Part shown: positions 11,862 through 23,926 of the stretch, in pieces
Layout: every line of letters starts with the position of its first letter
Numbering within the stretch: the stretch's first letter is position 1
Assembly: GCA_965649825.1 (NCBI GenBank)
Contig: OZ287695.1
Coordinates: 1,725,288 to 1,789,287, forward strand
Length of the DNA: 64,000 bases
Source of the DNA: Penicillus capitatus
Taxonomy: Eukaryota; Plantae; Chlorophyta
Direction of reading: 5' to 3'
Program-made: the position numbers and the translations under genes
Notes under the pieces: model-generated
Told to the model about the DNA's origin: nothing
Database searches by the model: none
Seen by the model: the letters and a program-made list of their open reading frames with translations, nothing else

Positions 11862-12324
11862 GAAAGAGGAATAAATTGCAGACATGGCACGACGAAACAG
11901 TCCGTCCATTCTTATTTTCCCCTATCCATACGTTTATTCTTTCCAAGCGACTTGGTCTGAAGCTATGCCCTGCTCAACAGAAGAACGACAAGTCTTTGTT
12001 ACTACTTGCGAGTGAAGTCTCTGAGAAGATCGATATGGGATGGGGGTGGTGCTGTTGTTGTGATACGGAACATTGATTGACAGACACACATGATGAACAC
12101 GTTCACCTATATTAAGCTCTGAACAACGGCAGAAATACACAATTTCTAGACGTTGCACAGTTCCCAGATTGATGCTCACACTCCTTCCCCATCCGTCTTT
12201 TAAATCTTTGTCCTTTTTGTTCTGGCCTTTCAGCAACTCACGCATCCAAATGGGAGACCCGTGTGGTTGATGGATAAATGCTGACCAGCATCATCATCAT
12301 CATGTTCCGTATGTGTTGTGTGTA

Positions 12325-13682
12325 TCAGATTGCCCAGTTTTTTACATTGTTTGAGATGCTCATCTGCATCTCGTCTCGTTGCAGCGTACGGGCAGCAAAA
12401 CTCTCTCCGGTGATAGATTCGTATAGGAACACGTATCTTGCAGAGAGGGATGCAATGAGGTCGGGGGGCGCTTCAGGTAGCACCTGTAGAATAACATGGA
12501 GTGGCGATGCAAGGCGGGGAACTGGACTTTATCATTATACGGATCACAATTCTGAGCAAACCACAATCTTATGAACTCTTTGTCGATACTTTCGGGCTCT
12601 TCACCCAACAAGTGACGTTCTTCGTAGCTAGAACGCATCCAATATCGACTGGAATCTGGTGTATGGACCTAACGGACATTTAATACCATACTTATTAATA
12701 GGTGTGACCTAAATGTGTGAGAGGAAGAGCATGCTTACCTCATCCACCAGCACAACATTGCCGTCCTCATCCTTTCCGAACTCGTACTTTGTATCCACTA
12801 GGATCAGATCTCGCAATGCCGCTTCGGACTGACCGCGGGCAAAGAGACTCAGCGCCATGGCCGAAGCTTGGTCCCATTCCTCAGATGTCATGTCTTTTCC
12901 TTGCACGATCTCTTTGGCAGACATCGGTGTGTCATGCTCTTCAGATTTCGACGTCGGTGTGATCACGGGAGCATCGAGCTGGTCGTTTTTCCTCAGTCCA
13001 TCCGGAAAACGCAGGCCACAGTATGTTCGTTCCCCTGCCTTGTAATGCGTCCAGAGCGACGTGTTGGTCGATCCTGCACAGAAATACAACACACCCATAT
13101 CTCCGTCAATTTCTTATCCGCCAACATAGACGTGCATGTGACCTGTCATGTATCCGCGGACCACAAATTCGACAGGGAAGACCTGCACCTTCTTCATGAT
13201 CATGACGTTGGGATCGGGTACGGCGATCAGACTGTTCGGTACTAGATCTGCCGTTTTTTCAAACCACCAGGCACTCGTCTGATTCAGCACCTGTCCCTTG
13301 AAGGGAATCGTCGTCAAATAACGGTCAAATGCGGTTAAGCGATCGGTCGTCACGATTAACATCCGATCTCCCATGTCATAGACATCTCGCACCTTGCCCT
13401 GAACAAACGATGACGCACTTTCCCTATACCTCCGAGACGATCTCTCACGCGTTTTTTGACGCCACACTTTAGATTGGTCTCTTTCAGTGTGAAAGGACGT
13501 TTGCCATGCGTTTCGCGTTCGAGTCGTTTTTCGATGCCTTTCAGCGTTTCCCTCGCTGCCCGGGCAATGCGCGGAGGCGTCGAGTGTCCGGGATAGGATA
13601 GAGTTACAAACCGCATGTCATGAATGGGTGTTCGACTGTTCCGTTCTGATGTGACTGCTGCGCGTACTCTCGTAGTAATCAT
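12325..13682 (-). CDS. PUR7: SAICAR synthetase (phosphoribosylaminoimidazolesuccinocarboxamide synthase), multi-exon; start at ATG 13682 or 13616
   Basis: TLKETNL.. / [97 protein letters not shown]; intron 13399-13448; probable stop TGA 12325-12327. Confidence 0.93.
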
Positions 13683-16600
13683 GCATCGTCCTGCTCGTGA
13701 AGGCTTTGATATTGAGAGCCAATTTCACTTTGGAGACATGTCTCCGAAGACCATTGCGGGCAAAATCTTTGAAAGCATTCTCTTCGATTTCCATGATGGA
13801 TGCATAGAGCTTTCTGAAATGATGGTCCGCTTCGGAGGCACTCAATCTGAGGGGATGTTCTGGTTGTTGATATTTTTGAAGTCGTTGTCGAAGTGTCTGA
13901 CGCACGAAATCTTCAAAATCACGACCGAGGTGATCCCATCCCTCCAGTTCTGCCCCGCCACCGTAGCTAGACTCGACCTGAGGCATGACCCGCTGGCGCT
14001 TCTGACGCTCATCGGCAAGATCCCGCGCCTCTTTCGCACGCAACTCCTCACGAGCAATTTCAGCAAAGTGATCCAATTTCCCCAGTTCTTTAGAAAAGAG
14101 GCCTAGAAACAGAAGCACGTAAAATGAGCCATGAGGTAAAGGGCATGCGTACCATCGGATGATAGATCATTCGTTTTTTGAAGCTTGCGGAGGATCCGTT
14201 GCTGAATCTCTCGTCGACGCTTTGCCTTGTGCCCTTCACGAGGCGAACAGCGATCTCTGATCTCTACATCACCATTCAAACCGCGATACGGCATTCTGCG
14301 TGTGGTCGAACAACACCCACCGCCTTTGGTGCGAATGTCATGCAATCCACCTTGCTGACTCCTGCGTTGATGCTGCAAGTCCATCTCCATCTCTCTCGAC
14401 AGTTGCGATTTGGTACATCCAAAACCGGGAGGTAGAGACAGATGCCGCGAGAGTTCAGGCCGATCGTTCTCCCGTTCTTTCTCCTGCGGTAACGGAGGGG
14501 GTGGTGGTGGGGGTTGAAGAAGTGTCTCTGTCATCGAATCTTGTCCATCTCCTGGCGACAGAGGGGCAGAGCCATAGGACAGACGCCCTCGTCCGCCATG
14601 CAATTCCGAGAGACTGTCTCGACTGCCGGACAGGTGAGATCTCGACCAACGGGATGCTTCCTGCGCCCTGTCTGCCGAAACACTGGACGTCAATGGTAGT
14701 TTCTCTCGATGCGTTGTCTGGGCCTCCAGTCCTTGTTGCCGCGCAATCGACAGTCCAAGATTGCGTACACCATTGTCCTTGTGATAGGTCAATGCAGTGA
14801 TCAAATTTCCCATGGTGCCATGTGCCGATCGTGTCTTGTCAAAGTCTGATTTTTGCAAAGGTAGACAGTCGACGACTCTCAAGATTTTGCGAAGCATCAC
14901 ACTGTACTGTGGAGCAAAATTCCGACCAATGACTTGCTGCAACTGGCTAAGAATACCGCATTCAATGAATAGATTCCTGGCAACGGGATCGATCGTGTGC
15001 TGCACGACATCCAATAGCAAAGACAGATCAGCGAACTGTGCCCTCTGTCGGGCCGTCGGTGGTGCCTCATCCATCATGAGCTCATTCACACAGTATCCGG
15101 CAACGTACACAGGCTGCTGTCTTGTCACAGATCGACTTGCTGTGCCCAGGTATATCTGTCCAGCTCGTTCCAACTCTTCTCTCTTTCGTCTCTCTTTCTG
15201 TCGAGCCAGTTCTGCTTCGTGACGTTCCTTTTCGTTCATGCCGATTTCGATGAGATTAAATAGTCGCAGCACTTTGAGGATATTCTTGCGGGATGGACTG
15301 TACAGTTTCCCAGAAGCGGCAGTGATGTCTGCCAGACTAGAATCCACTTCAGATCGCCGCCTCTCTAGATCTCCTTTGGGTCGCATCCATCCCAGTCGAT
15401 TCCCACGTCTCTCCGTTAGGGTTCCAGTCAACAGCGATCGACTACGACCACGTGTCCTTTTGCGAAGGGAAGAACGGCTCGTGCTTTCCCGACCAGATGA
15501 CAGACGCTCACTGCTATCACCCGAAGAAGACTCCCTTGGTGCCACCACCTGCATGCCAGCATCTGTTGCACTCTCAGCATCTAAGCTATTCGCAAGCAAC
15601 TCCAGTCCGTGTTTGGCATAGAGATCTCTCAGACGTGCCCGAATCTGCTCAACGGAACACACCACCTCTGCCTGTAACCCAACTTGGTGTGCAAGGATCG
15701 CTCGCATGACATCATCGATATCGTCCTCTTTGAGCATGATGGGATCGGGCACGTCGTCTTTTAGAGGATCGAAGGGGTGCTCTTCCAGAGGTGCCGTTTC
15801 CGTATCCGATTTCTGTCCTCCCCCAATGGTTCCGGTACAATTGCTCGATCCACAGCAGCAGCGTATGGGCTTTTCCGTTTGGAAATTGTAGTTAAACGTG
15901 AGCTCTTCTCCTGCCTTGATGGTGCGCAGGGCAAAAAAGCCAACCCTCAAATCTCCTTTCACCACCCACTTTTGCGTTTCGCAGTTCGGCAGACAGCTAT
16001 GATTCATGAAACGCCCGACATTGCCCATTCGACATGCATCAATGACCTCTCCGTTTCCAATCTGCATGAAATAGTAATGCTTATGACCGTTCTCTGCATA
16101 AAACGTTCGCCGTCTCAGATACTCAGCTTCATCAACAATTTCTCCCATATACTCCGTCACAAAATCGCCTTCCTGAATCATTGCTGTACTGAACAAGCCA
16201 AAGCCTTTCATTCCAGCACGCCTCTGTGGACACAGCACAGAACAGTCACATCACATGTCATCTCTGCACATGGTGCTTGATCACAATTTCGACGGGCCCG
16301 TGTTGTCGACGTGCAAAGCGTTGATTCGTACAGGCAGAACCACATGGGCAGAATCCCTACGGATAGCATTGTGAAACGATAGACTGGCAATATCCATCGT
16401 CCTACATTCGTGCATTCGATGTTCAGCATCCTGTTGATACAGTTTTCAAGACAGCCCTGTCCTCCAACAGGACGACACTGACAAATCGCTATGTCATCCT
16501 CTTTCCACGATTTTCGCCTCTTGTAGGTGTAGACATTCCCTTCAATCTCTTGCCAGATAACAGGAGGTACTAATTTCTTTGCTTTTGCCAGTTCCTAGTG

Positions 16601-17030
16601 GCACAGCAAAAAGTGTGACCCCTAAAATCTCGTGGAAAACACGACATACGCGTTTTCTATAGATGGCGTCTATTTCGGAATCGGTCAAGACTTGTGGAAT
16701 ATCACAGCTCGCCTGTTTTACGTCTGGGTTCTGGAAACAGTACCTATGACGATGATGCAAAACCACTGAGGGCAGTGAAGCGTCATACCATGTCTCTTTT
16801 TGAATGGCATTGTTAAAGTCTTCGAGTTTCAACCCGCGCCACTTTTGGCATTTGTCGCACTGCACCCATTCCCATTCCAGTTCCATCGTTCCAAACAGTA
16901 CAAACGATGCAGCGGCGTCGAATGTCGTCTTCTTTCCGCCTGTCACATCACTCAGGACATCCCCTAGTGATGCACTCGATTTATTGACCACGGCACTCTC
17001 AGCGCCCACACCTCCCCTGTATCCGTCTCA
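13618..17030 (-). CDS. SET2: H3K36 methyltransferase, SET2/ASHH2 type (CW finger, AWS, SET, post-SET, helical domain, C-terminal SRI-like domain); 5' end approximate
   Basis: CW finger WVQCDKCQKWR..W/YCFQNPD..SCDIPQ; SET KGFGLF..GDFVTEYMGE..HYYFM..IDACRMGNVGRFMNHSCLPNCETQKW..ELTFNYNF; post-SET CCCGSSNCTG; SRI-like [28 protein letters not shown]. Confidence 0.9.
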
Positions 17031-17155
17031 TCGTGGCGGCGCCTCTCATCCAAAAAGGGGGCAGGAGATCCGACAAAGGGTCCATCCACTTTAACAGGGG
17101 GTCGTTAAATAGGGACACATCAAGGGCTCATGGCACAGTTGGTGTCATTTGTCTA

Positions 17156-20100
17156 ATGGAAAGTGGCATCATTGAGCTTAGTCTGCTGAGTCGGTCGCTC
17201 GGACCGGCATGCAGCAACGTCGAATTTCTCTTCCTCGGACAAAGACGTCGCATCTACCGTGCCTATGGCGTCCCGGGAGGAGCGATTCTGATTCAAAGGC
17301 TTCCGGTAAGCCACTCCGTGCCCTTCCTTTGACCGAGCTCGGCTCAGGTGACGAAGAGAGATCTTTCCAAGGAGTCCGCAATAACCGAAATCGTGATAGA
17401 TGGTGTGCGGAGCACCACCACGAGTCGGATTGACGATATTCTGCGCATTGCCCATAATCATGGCGAAACATGTATCATGGCAGCAACCTCGCAGACGGAT
17501 CTCAGTATCATATCCCTTTTGCCATTCCATGAAGCGACGAGCATTGACCCCAAACAGAATCCTGTTTACAAGAGATTGCTGTCAATTCCGTTTCCGGGTG
17601 TGGTGGCGATGGAATGGACCAGAAACGGAGAAGGACTGGTGCTGAGTGACGCTAAGGGATACGTGACGTGTCTTGGCATCACTGTTCATCACAAGCCTCC
17701 TCCGACTGAAACCCTAACACGGCGCTCCCTTCTTTATGATATGACAGGGAGCATTGAGATTCTCTGGGTCGAGGAAATGAAGAGCCCTTGTGAGATCCTT
17801 TGCCCGGGAGATACCATTGAGAGTCCCTGCGCCACCGCTGCCTCTTCCTTGAGCCTTTCGGTCGATCTATTCACGCCTGCTGCACCGGAGATGGAAAGAC
17901 AGACGCTGATGTTGGCAGCTCCCTTAACAGGGATGGCATGGAGTCGTGTTCGGACGCCTCCGGCAGCATCCATGAAACCGTGTCTTCTGACAGTCGAGTC
18001 CAACGGAGTGCTGCGAATTTGGGCGGAATCGCCCAAGCCTATCTCATCTTACCTTGGCTGCAGTCGGCTCCAATCCACTTCGGACCCCGTACAGGCGGCA
18101 ACGGCCTATCATGTGGAGCTTGTCATCGAGCCACAAGATCCAGATCTCGTGCCACATTCCATGCAAGCCTGTTGGGCCGATGCCTTTCCGGAGAGTGAAG
18201 AAGATCCGAGACTTGCATGGATCATCGCGACGTACCAGGCGAAGAGAACGGGAGGTATTGAGGAATGCTGTGCTGTCTATGTGGTGCATGGATTGCCAGT
18301 GGAACTGCAGGGAACGCAAATCACCTGCAGCTATGCCACAACTTTTCTGCACAGTTCCTGCGCCTTCGAGTCAAGATGTCTGCCAGCGACGACACTCCGA
18401 GCTGTCCTCTTGCGTTTCGAGCCGACGCCGCTGATTCTGATGGCAGAATCTGGTCGTCTACAAAATCGCATTGAGACACGAACAGCGCTGCTCTGTGTCG
18501 ATACCCTGCCTCCAGATTCTCTCCATCTGCATCTTGAGAGCACATCCATTCACGAAATCTTGGGATTTGCATCCGTCGTACAGCAGTTGGTAGCCCATCC
18601 AGTACACGACTGCGTTTGCGTATTGACAGCAGATCGCATGGTGAGTATCTGGGACCTTTGGCCTGTCAGAAAACTCGCCGACATCCAAGCAGACGATTTC
18701 GGAATCGGTCATGGCGTTTATGCACTGACCTGGATGGATCTTGGACATCATTACGGAGAACTGGGTCACGTTTTGCTGCTGGGTGACGAAGGAGCCGTCG
18801 TGTGTCTTCTCATGGCAGATCATCACAATGGCAAACCTGTTGTGTCGATCGACGTTCTTGCATCTCATACCTATCCACAACGCCTCTATCCTGTTTCTCT
18901 GATCTCGTTGCCGTGCCCGTCATCCCCCGGAGGACACAAGATGACGTATCTGATCCGGGCACGAAGTGCAGATATCGAAATCGACGATGACGATGAAGCC
19001 AGCATCTATGTCACACTTTCGGTCAATCAAATGGACAGCGACACGCACGACATCGATATTCAGCAAAGCGCAGAATTTCATCTCTTCCGGTCATCGGAGG
19101 GGTGCCGTTACACTGTGTTGGATACCATTCGTCACAGTGTGGGCGGAGTGGTTGCCGGAACACGAGGCGGCACACTCGAATTCTTCAAATGCTCTGGAGA
19201 GAACATCCCTGAGCATGTTTCTTCCTTTGCTCTGTCATCAGAGAACGATCGACCTTCTTTCATCTCCTGCCTTTCATCTTGTACCCAAGCAGCCTACATT
19301 GCATGCGTCACCTCTTTTGACGAGCATCAGAACGAAGACAAGATCCACATTCTGCAATCGGAGTCAACCTGCGGCCAACTTGACTATCGCTTGGAGGATT
19401 GTTTTGTGTCGCCCTCTGGCATCGTCTCTCAGATCTCTTGGGTCCAGACGCCGTCTCCCTTTCGTCATCTCGTGATAGGATATCAAGCTGGGCAAGTCGA
19501 TATCTTTGTTCGCAAGAGGCAAGGTTTGTGGGTGCCTGTGGGTACCTATCTTAGCAGTCTGGAACTGACAACGCTGACAACGACCAAACGGGGATTGCCT
19601 ATTGTGGGTGCTGGACGTCACATGCTTTTCCTTTCAAGCGATGCACATACATTCAGCGCCGATGTATTGGATGATACAGCCGTTATGCAGATGGCTTTGG
19701 CCATCGGTGGGGCCTTCCAAGACTATCATCACATACCGTTGCTCACGCTTTTGCAAATTGGACATCTTCATTCTATTGACATCGCACTCAACGAAATGAC
19801 GGAGTTCTTAAAGGAATGGGAGAGTACCCCTGAAGATGAGCACCTAGAAGAAATCTTTACCACCACGATCAACGGACCTCCAAGCCTACTGGACCAGACA
19901 TTTGCCGAGTCCATTGTCCCACCCGTCAACGGACTGCTTTTTGGAGACGACACACTTTTTTGTGTGCCATTCAAGGAACACGAAGGCCATGCGTTTTCTG
20001 AAGACATGGCCCCGGATGCACCATCTGTGTTGCCTGTAACGAATAGATCGCCAGCAGCCGCAGAAGATCCTGGACTGTTGACGGGGCAATTTGATTTCAC

Positions 20101-23100
20101 TCGATTCAGCAATTTCTCAATGGCGCCTCAACCGGCGACAACCTACGAAGCAAGTGGATTACTAGACATGTCTGCATTAGGCATGAGCTTTGGAATGCCT
20201 TCTCCTCAACCCGAAGTGCCTAACGAATCCGATATCCAGGAAGCGTCAAATCCGTCAGAAGAGAACGTCGAGCCGTCAAAGGAAGACAATGAAAATGACG
20301 GCGATGTCGATGAAGAAGAATGCATCCTGTTCACATTAGATGCCGATTTTGACGAACAGTGCCGTGCAATGCTGCAGCTCAAAGAACCGGGGGACCTTAC
20401 TTTTGATCAAGGCTACATTCGTGGCGTTCTCGAGCAATATGTCAACTCAGATGCCGATCAAGCTCTGCCTCTTAGCAGTTTGCTGAAGCTATCGAAGAAC
20501 AATGCCAATCTGTTGCTGGACCTTATCAACAAATACAATGCATGGACCAAGGACATGTCAAAGGCCGTGCTCGACATCCCTGGTATGAAATTCCTGGCCG
20601 CTGTCAAACTGAGTCCACTGTCCATGAAATGCCAACCAAGGCGTACCGAATCAAAGAACCTCACGTCAGAACTCCTCAAAAAAGAAGACTATCTTGCCTC
20701 TTTTCTCGGCATTTCTTTTTATCAGTCCGTCATCTCCGAAGCATCTGTCGCCACAAGTGTATCTGACTCTTCGTTGGTGGATGATCGATTGGCTGAAGGA
20801 TACATTTCGTGGCCAGAGAGCGTTGGAATTGTATCCGGAATTGAAGCTGTTCATATTCTGTGGGCATTGGAAACGGATGATGCCTCACATCTTTTATCTG
20901 TCTGCCTTGATGCTACGGCCGAAGCAGGCAGCCACAATGGAAAGTTGTCCACTGGGTACTCATGGGAGAAATTGAAGTCAATTGGAGCTGGATTCTGGAT
21001 TCGAGACCCAGAAGCCGCAATCCGTGTGGCTGACGAAATTGCCAAAGATCAGTTTCGAAAGAACAACGATCCTCATGACTGCGCCCTGATGTACATTGCT
21101 CTGAAGAAGAAGGTGCTTTTGAGTCGGCTCTTTCGAAGCAATGGCAATGCACGTGTGGCCACACTACTGGCAAAAGATTTCAGCCAAAACCACAATCGAC
21201 ATGCTGCGGCAAAGAATGCCTATGTGTTACTCGGCCAGCACCGCTACAGTCTGGCCGCCGCTTTCTTTCTAGTGGGCGGTTACATCCACGATGCCATTGG
21301 CGTGTGTGCCAAAGAAATGAAAGATCCACAGCTTGCGCTGTTTCTGACGACGCTTTTGCGGACAAGGGATGCAGGACTCGTCCATGAAATCATCATGAAG
21401 GTATGGATGAAGGAGCATCGCCTTGTGAAATATGGCATGGTGGTGATGTCTAGGAGGTCTTTCCTCATGCCGTGGCGACGGATGATCGCGTGGCGCAAGG
21501 AATGCTTCTGTGGCTCATGGATCAAAAGATGGAAGCACTGAAGGCGATCACCACTGTCAAAGCACTCAAATCTGAGCTCTCTATCCACGACCGCACTGTA
21601 TCCAAGATACTCCTTCTGCAGTTTGTGTTTTGGAGAGGGCTGATGCAGTTGAATCGAAGGTTAAGAGCATGGATCAAAATCCACAGCCGCCAAACAATGA
21701 TGCCATTTTGCTGTAGATATGTGCCATTGTGGATGTTTGATCAAATCAAGAGCGTTGCAGCTCATTGTGCCCATGTCCTCGAGGCATGTGGAATGCCATC
21801 GTTGGCATTGAGAGCCCTGATGGTCGGTCGAGATCTGGAGAACCAGTTACCGAATCCACGCGATACAAGTCTCTATCACGCATGGAGTACCCGTCTTGCA
21901 ACGGCCATGATGATAACCCATCTGCCATCGCCGCATGTATCTGCACGCACGTTAGAGATCTCTGCTGACAATCGATTGCCCTTTAGGCAGTCAACGCACG
22001 AGATCCAGCGATGATACTGTGGCATCAGCATGTTCAACAGGATGTGGAGACATTGAGCGAATTTGGTGTGGAAGTCGATGGGGATATCGTTTTTGAACAT
22101 ATGCAGTATGTCATGGACTGTCTCTATGACGTCCCATCAGCTCCTGTCTTTCCTAAGCAGGCATCGCAGCCGCCAGATCTCAGCGGACCAAGTAACACTC
22201 GGTTTTCCTGGCGCAAGATTCACATGTCTGCACAGATGGTCGATTCACGGCACCCTCTCCGATTCCTGCCTACTTAAGGATGCCCATCTCCACAACCAAG
22301 GACGCAGAGGAAGAAGCCAGCGTCGACGAGATTGCCAGTCTCCAATCGAGCGATCTGTTGCATGTGGAAGGAGATCGTTGTGTGGGCGTGTGTTTCTCAC
22401 GCAATGAAGGATTCTTTGGAGTACGCAATCCCACAACCAAACGGGTTGCCGTTGCCACAGGAAAACATGGCATTCACTACATTGACTGGGATCCTGTCGA
22501 AGACCCTCAGTCCATGGCCGCCTATCGTAACATCCCTATACCCCCTGCTCTCCACGACCCTCTCTGTATACGTACAGATGCCCTGTATGAGAAATTCGAG
22601 AAGGAGAGATGGCCATCGCTGAGTTGGTTAAGAGACACAACGGCACTTGACCATCAAGGGAATGCCATCTCTATGAAAGAGATTCTATCGGGGCCTCTAA
22701 AATCCCATCCGTCTTCAAGCTTCTTCCTCTCAGGCAACACATCCAATGCATTTGTGCCGTCTGTCTGAAATGACGCGCTGCAGGTTGTGGAGAGGAGTCC
22801 ATTCTGTTGTGGCAGTATGGTATGGGAACACCATGTGCCAGATTTGCATTGGAATCGAGCACGGGGACAGGCTTCGAGACCATGCATCGTCTCAGCTGGA
22901 GTGCAACAGGAGACAGAGTTGCCGCTGTGGGCTACAGCGGAATGTGTGCCCTGTGGGATGTCACATCAGCCCATTATAACCAAGCAATTGGCCGAACCGA
23001 TTGGTCCTACAAAGTAACCCCCTGCTCTTATCTATGAACCCTAACAGAATCCACCCCGTCATGCAGATCGCGCCAAAGAAAGGGTATGACGTGGAGTTTG

Positions 23101-23729
23101 TCATGGGCAGTGGCAGTGTCATTGCCACAACGGGAGAAGATGATGTGGGCAGAGGCATTGTTTCGCTCTGGGATACCCTTGCCCCGTGCGCATCGTGTCG
23201 GATTTCGCATTTAGAATACCGGCATGCCGTGACAGAGCTGACAACGATCCCCGATACCTTGCTCTTCATCTCAGCTCAAGATTCAGGCACCATTCAGGCC
23301 CATGATTTTCGCATGTTAGGAGGCGTTGCTCCCAAGGCACTGTGGTCACTCAATTCGATTCATGATGGTCCTATCACCAGCCTTGAGGTTGGCTGGGCAC
23401 CTGTCGCATCTCCTCGAGTCTGGGAGCTCTTTCTGGCTACCGGTGGTCGAGACGGCGACGTCTGTCTCATCAATGGTATTCATGAATCCGGTCAACTGCG
23501 GCAGCGCCTGAAACGCGCCCATTGGAAAAAGACGGGACAGTTGGCGCATCTCTTCATCAGTGGTCTGAGAGGCAATCTCGGCAACGTTTCTCTGCCGCCA
23601 TTCGGTGTTCAGCGAACGCATCCCGAATCAGCCAGTGGTGTTTCTGTGTTGGATATCGATTGGTGCGACGAAGGATTGCTGACGGCAGGAGCAGATGGCT
23701 TTGTGCAGTTGTTCCCGTTCTCCTCATAG
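17156..23729 (+). CDS. RAV1: RAVE complex Rav1 / rabconnectin-3 alpha (DMXL)-like WD40 protein, multi-exon
   Basis: Rav1p_C motif LKSIGAGFWIRD..AKDQFRKNNDPHDCALMYIALKKK..KDFS..RHAAAKNAYVLLGQHRYSLAAAFFL, with WD40 repeats at both ends. First exon MESGIIEL..QRLP splices (gtaagcc...ctcag) into ORF 17348. Confidence 0.88.
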
Positions 23730-23733
23730 TATC

Positions 23734-23764
23734 GCAAGCAAGCAAGCAAGCAGCAGCAGCAGCA
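23734..23764. repeat. Compound microsatellite (GCAA)4(GCA)5
   Basis: Read directly just after the RAV1-like stop codon. Confidence 0.85.
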
Positions 23765-23926
23765 TCACATGATGAATAGCAAGCAACATTGCATTCACGC
23801 CTGCCTCCTTCTCCTTGTGAACCATAAACAATGGATGTACAGAGATCGATCATGAGTGCCTTCTAACAATGACTGACTGCTTTCGACCAAAAAAGTACAG
23901 GTTTGCAGAGATGCCATCACGGTGGT

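Noticed and set aside
11862-12324. ORF 11934-12245 (-) downstream of SAICAR synthetase
   Set aside because: No motif and no convincing splice link; it lies in the convergent 3' UTR region.
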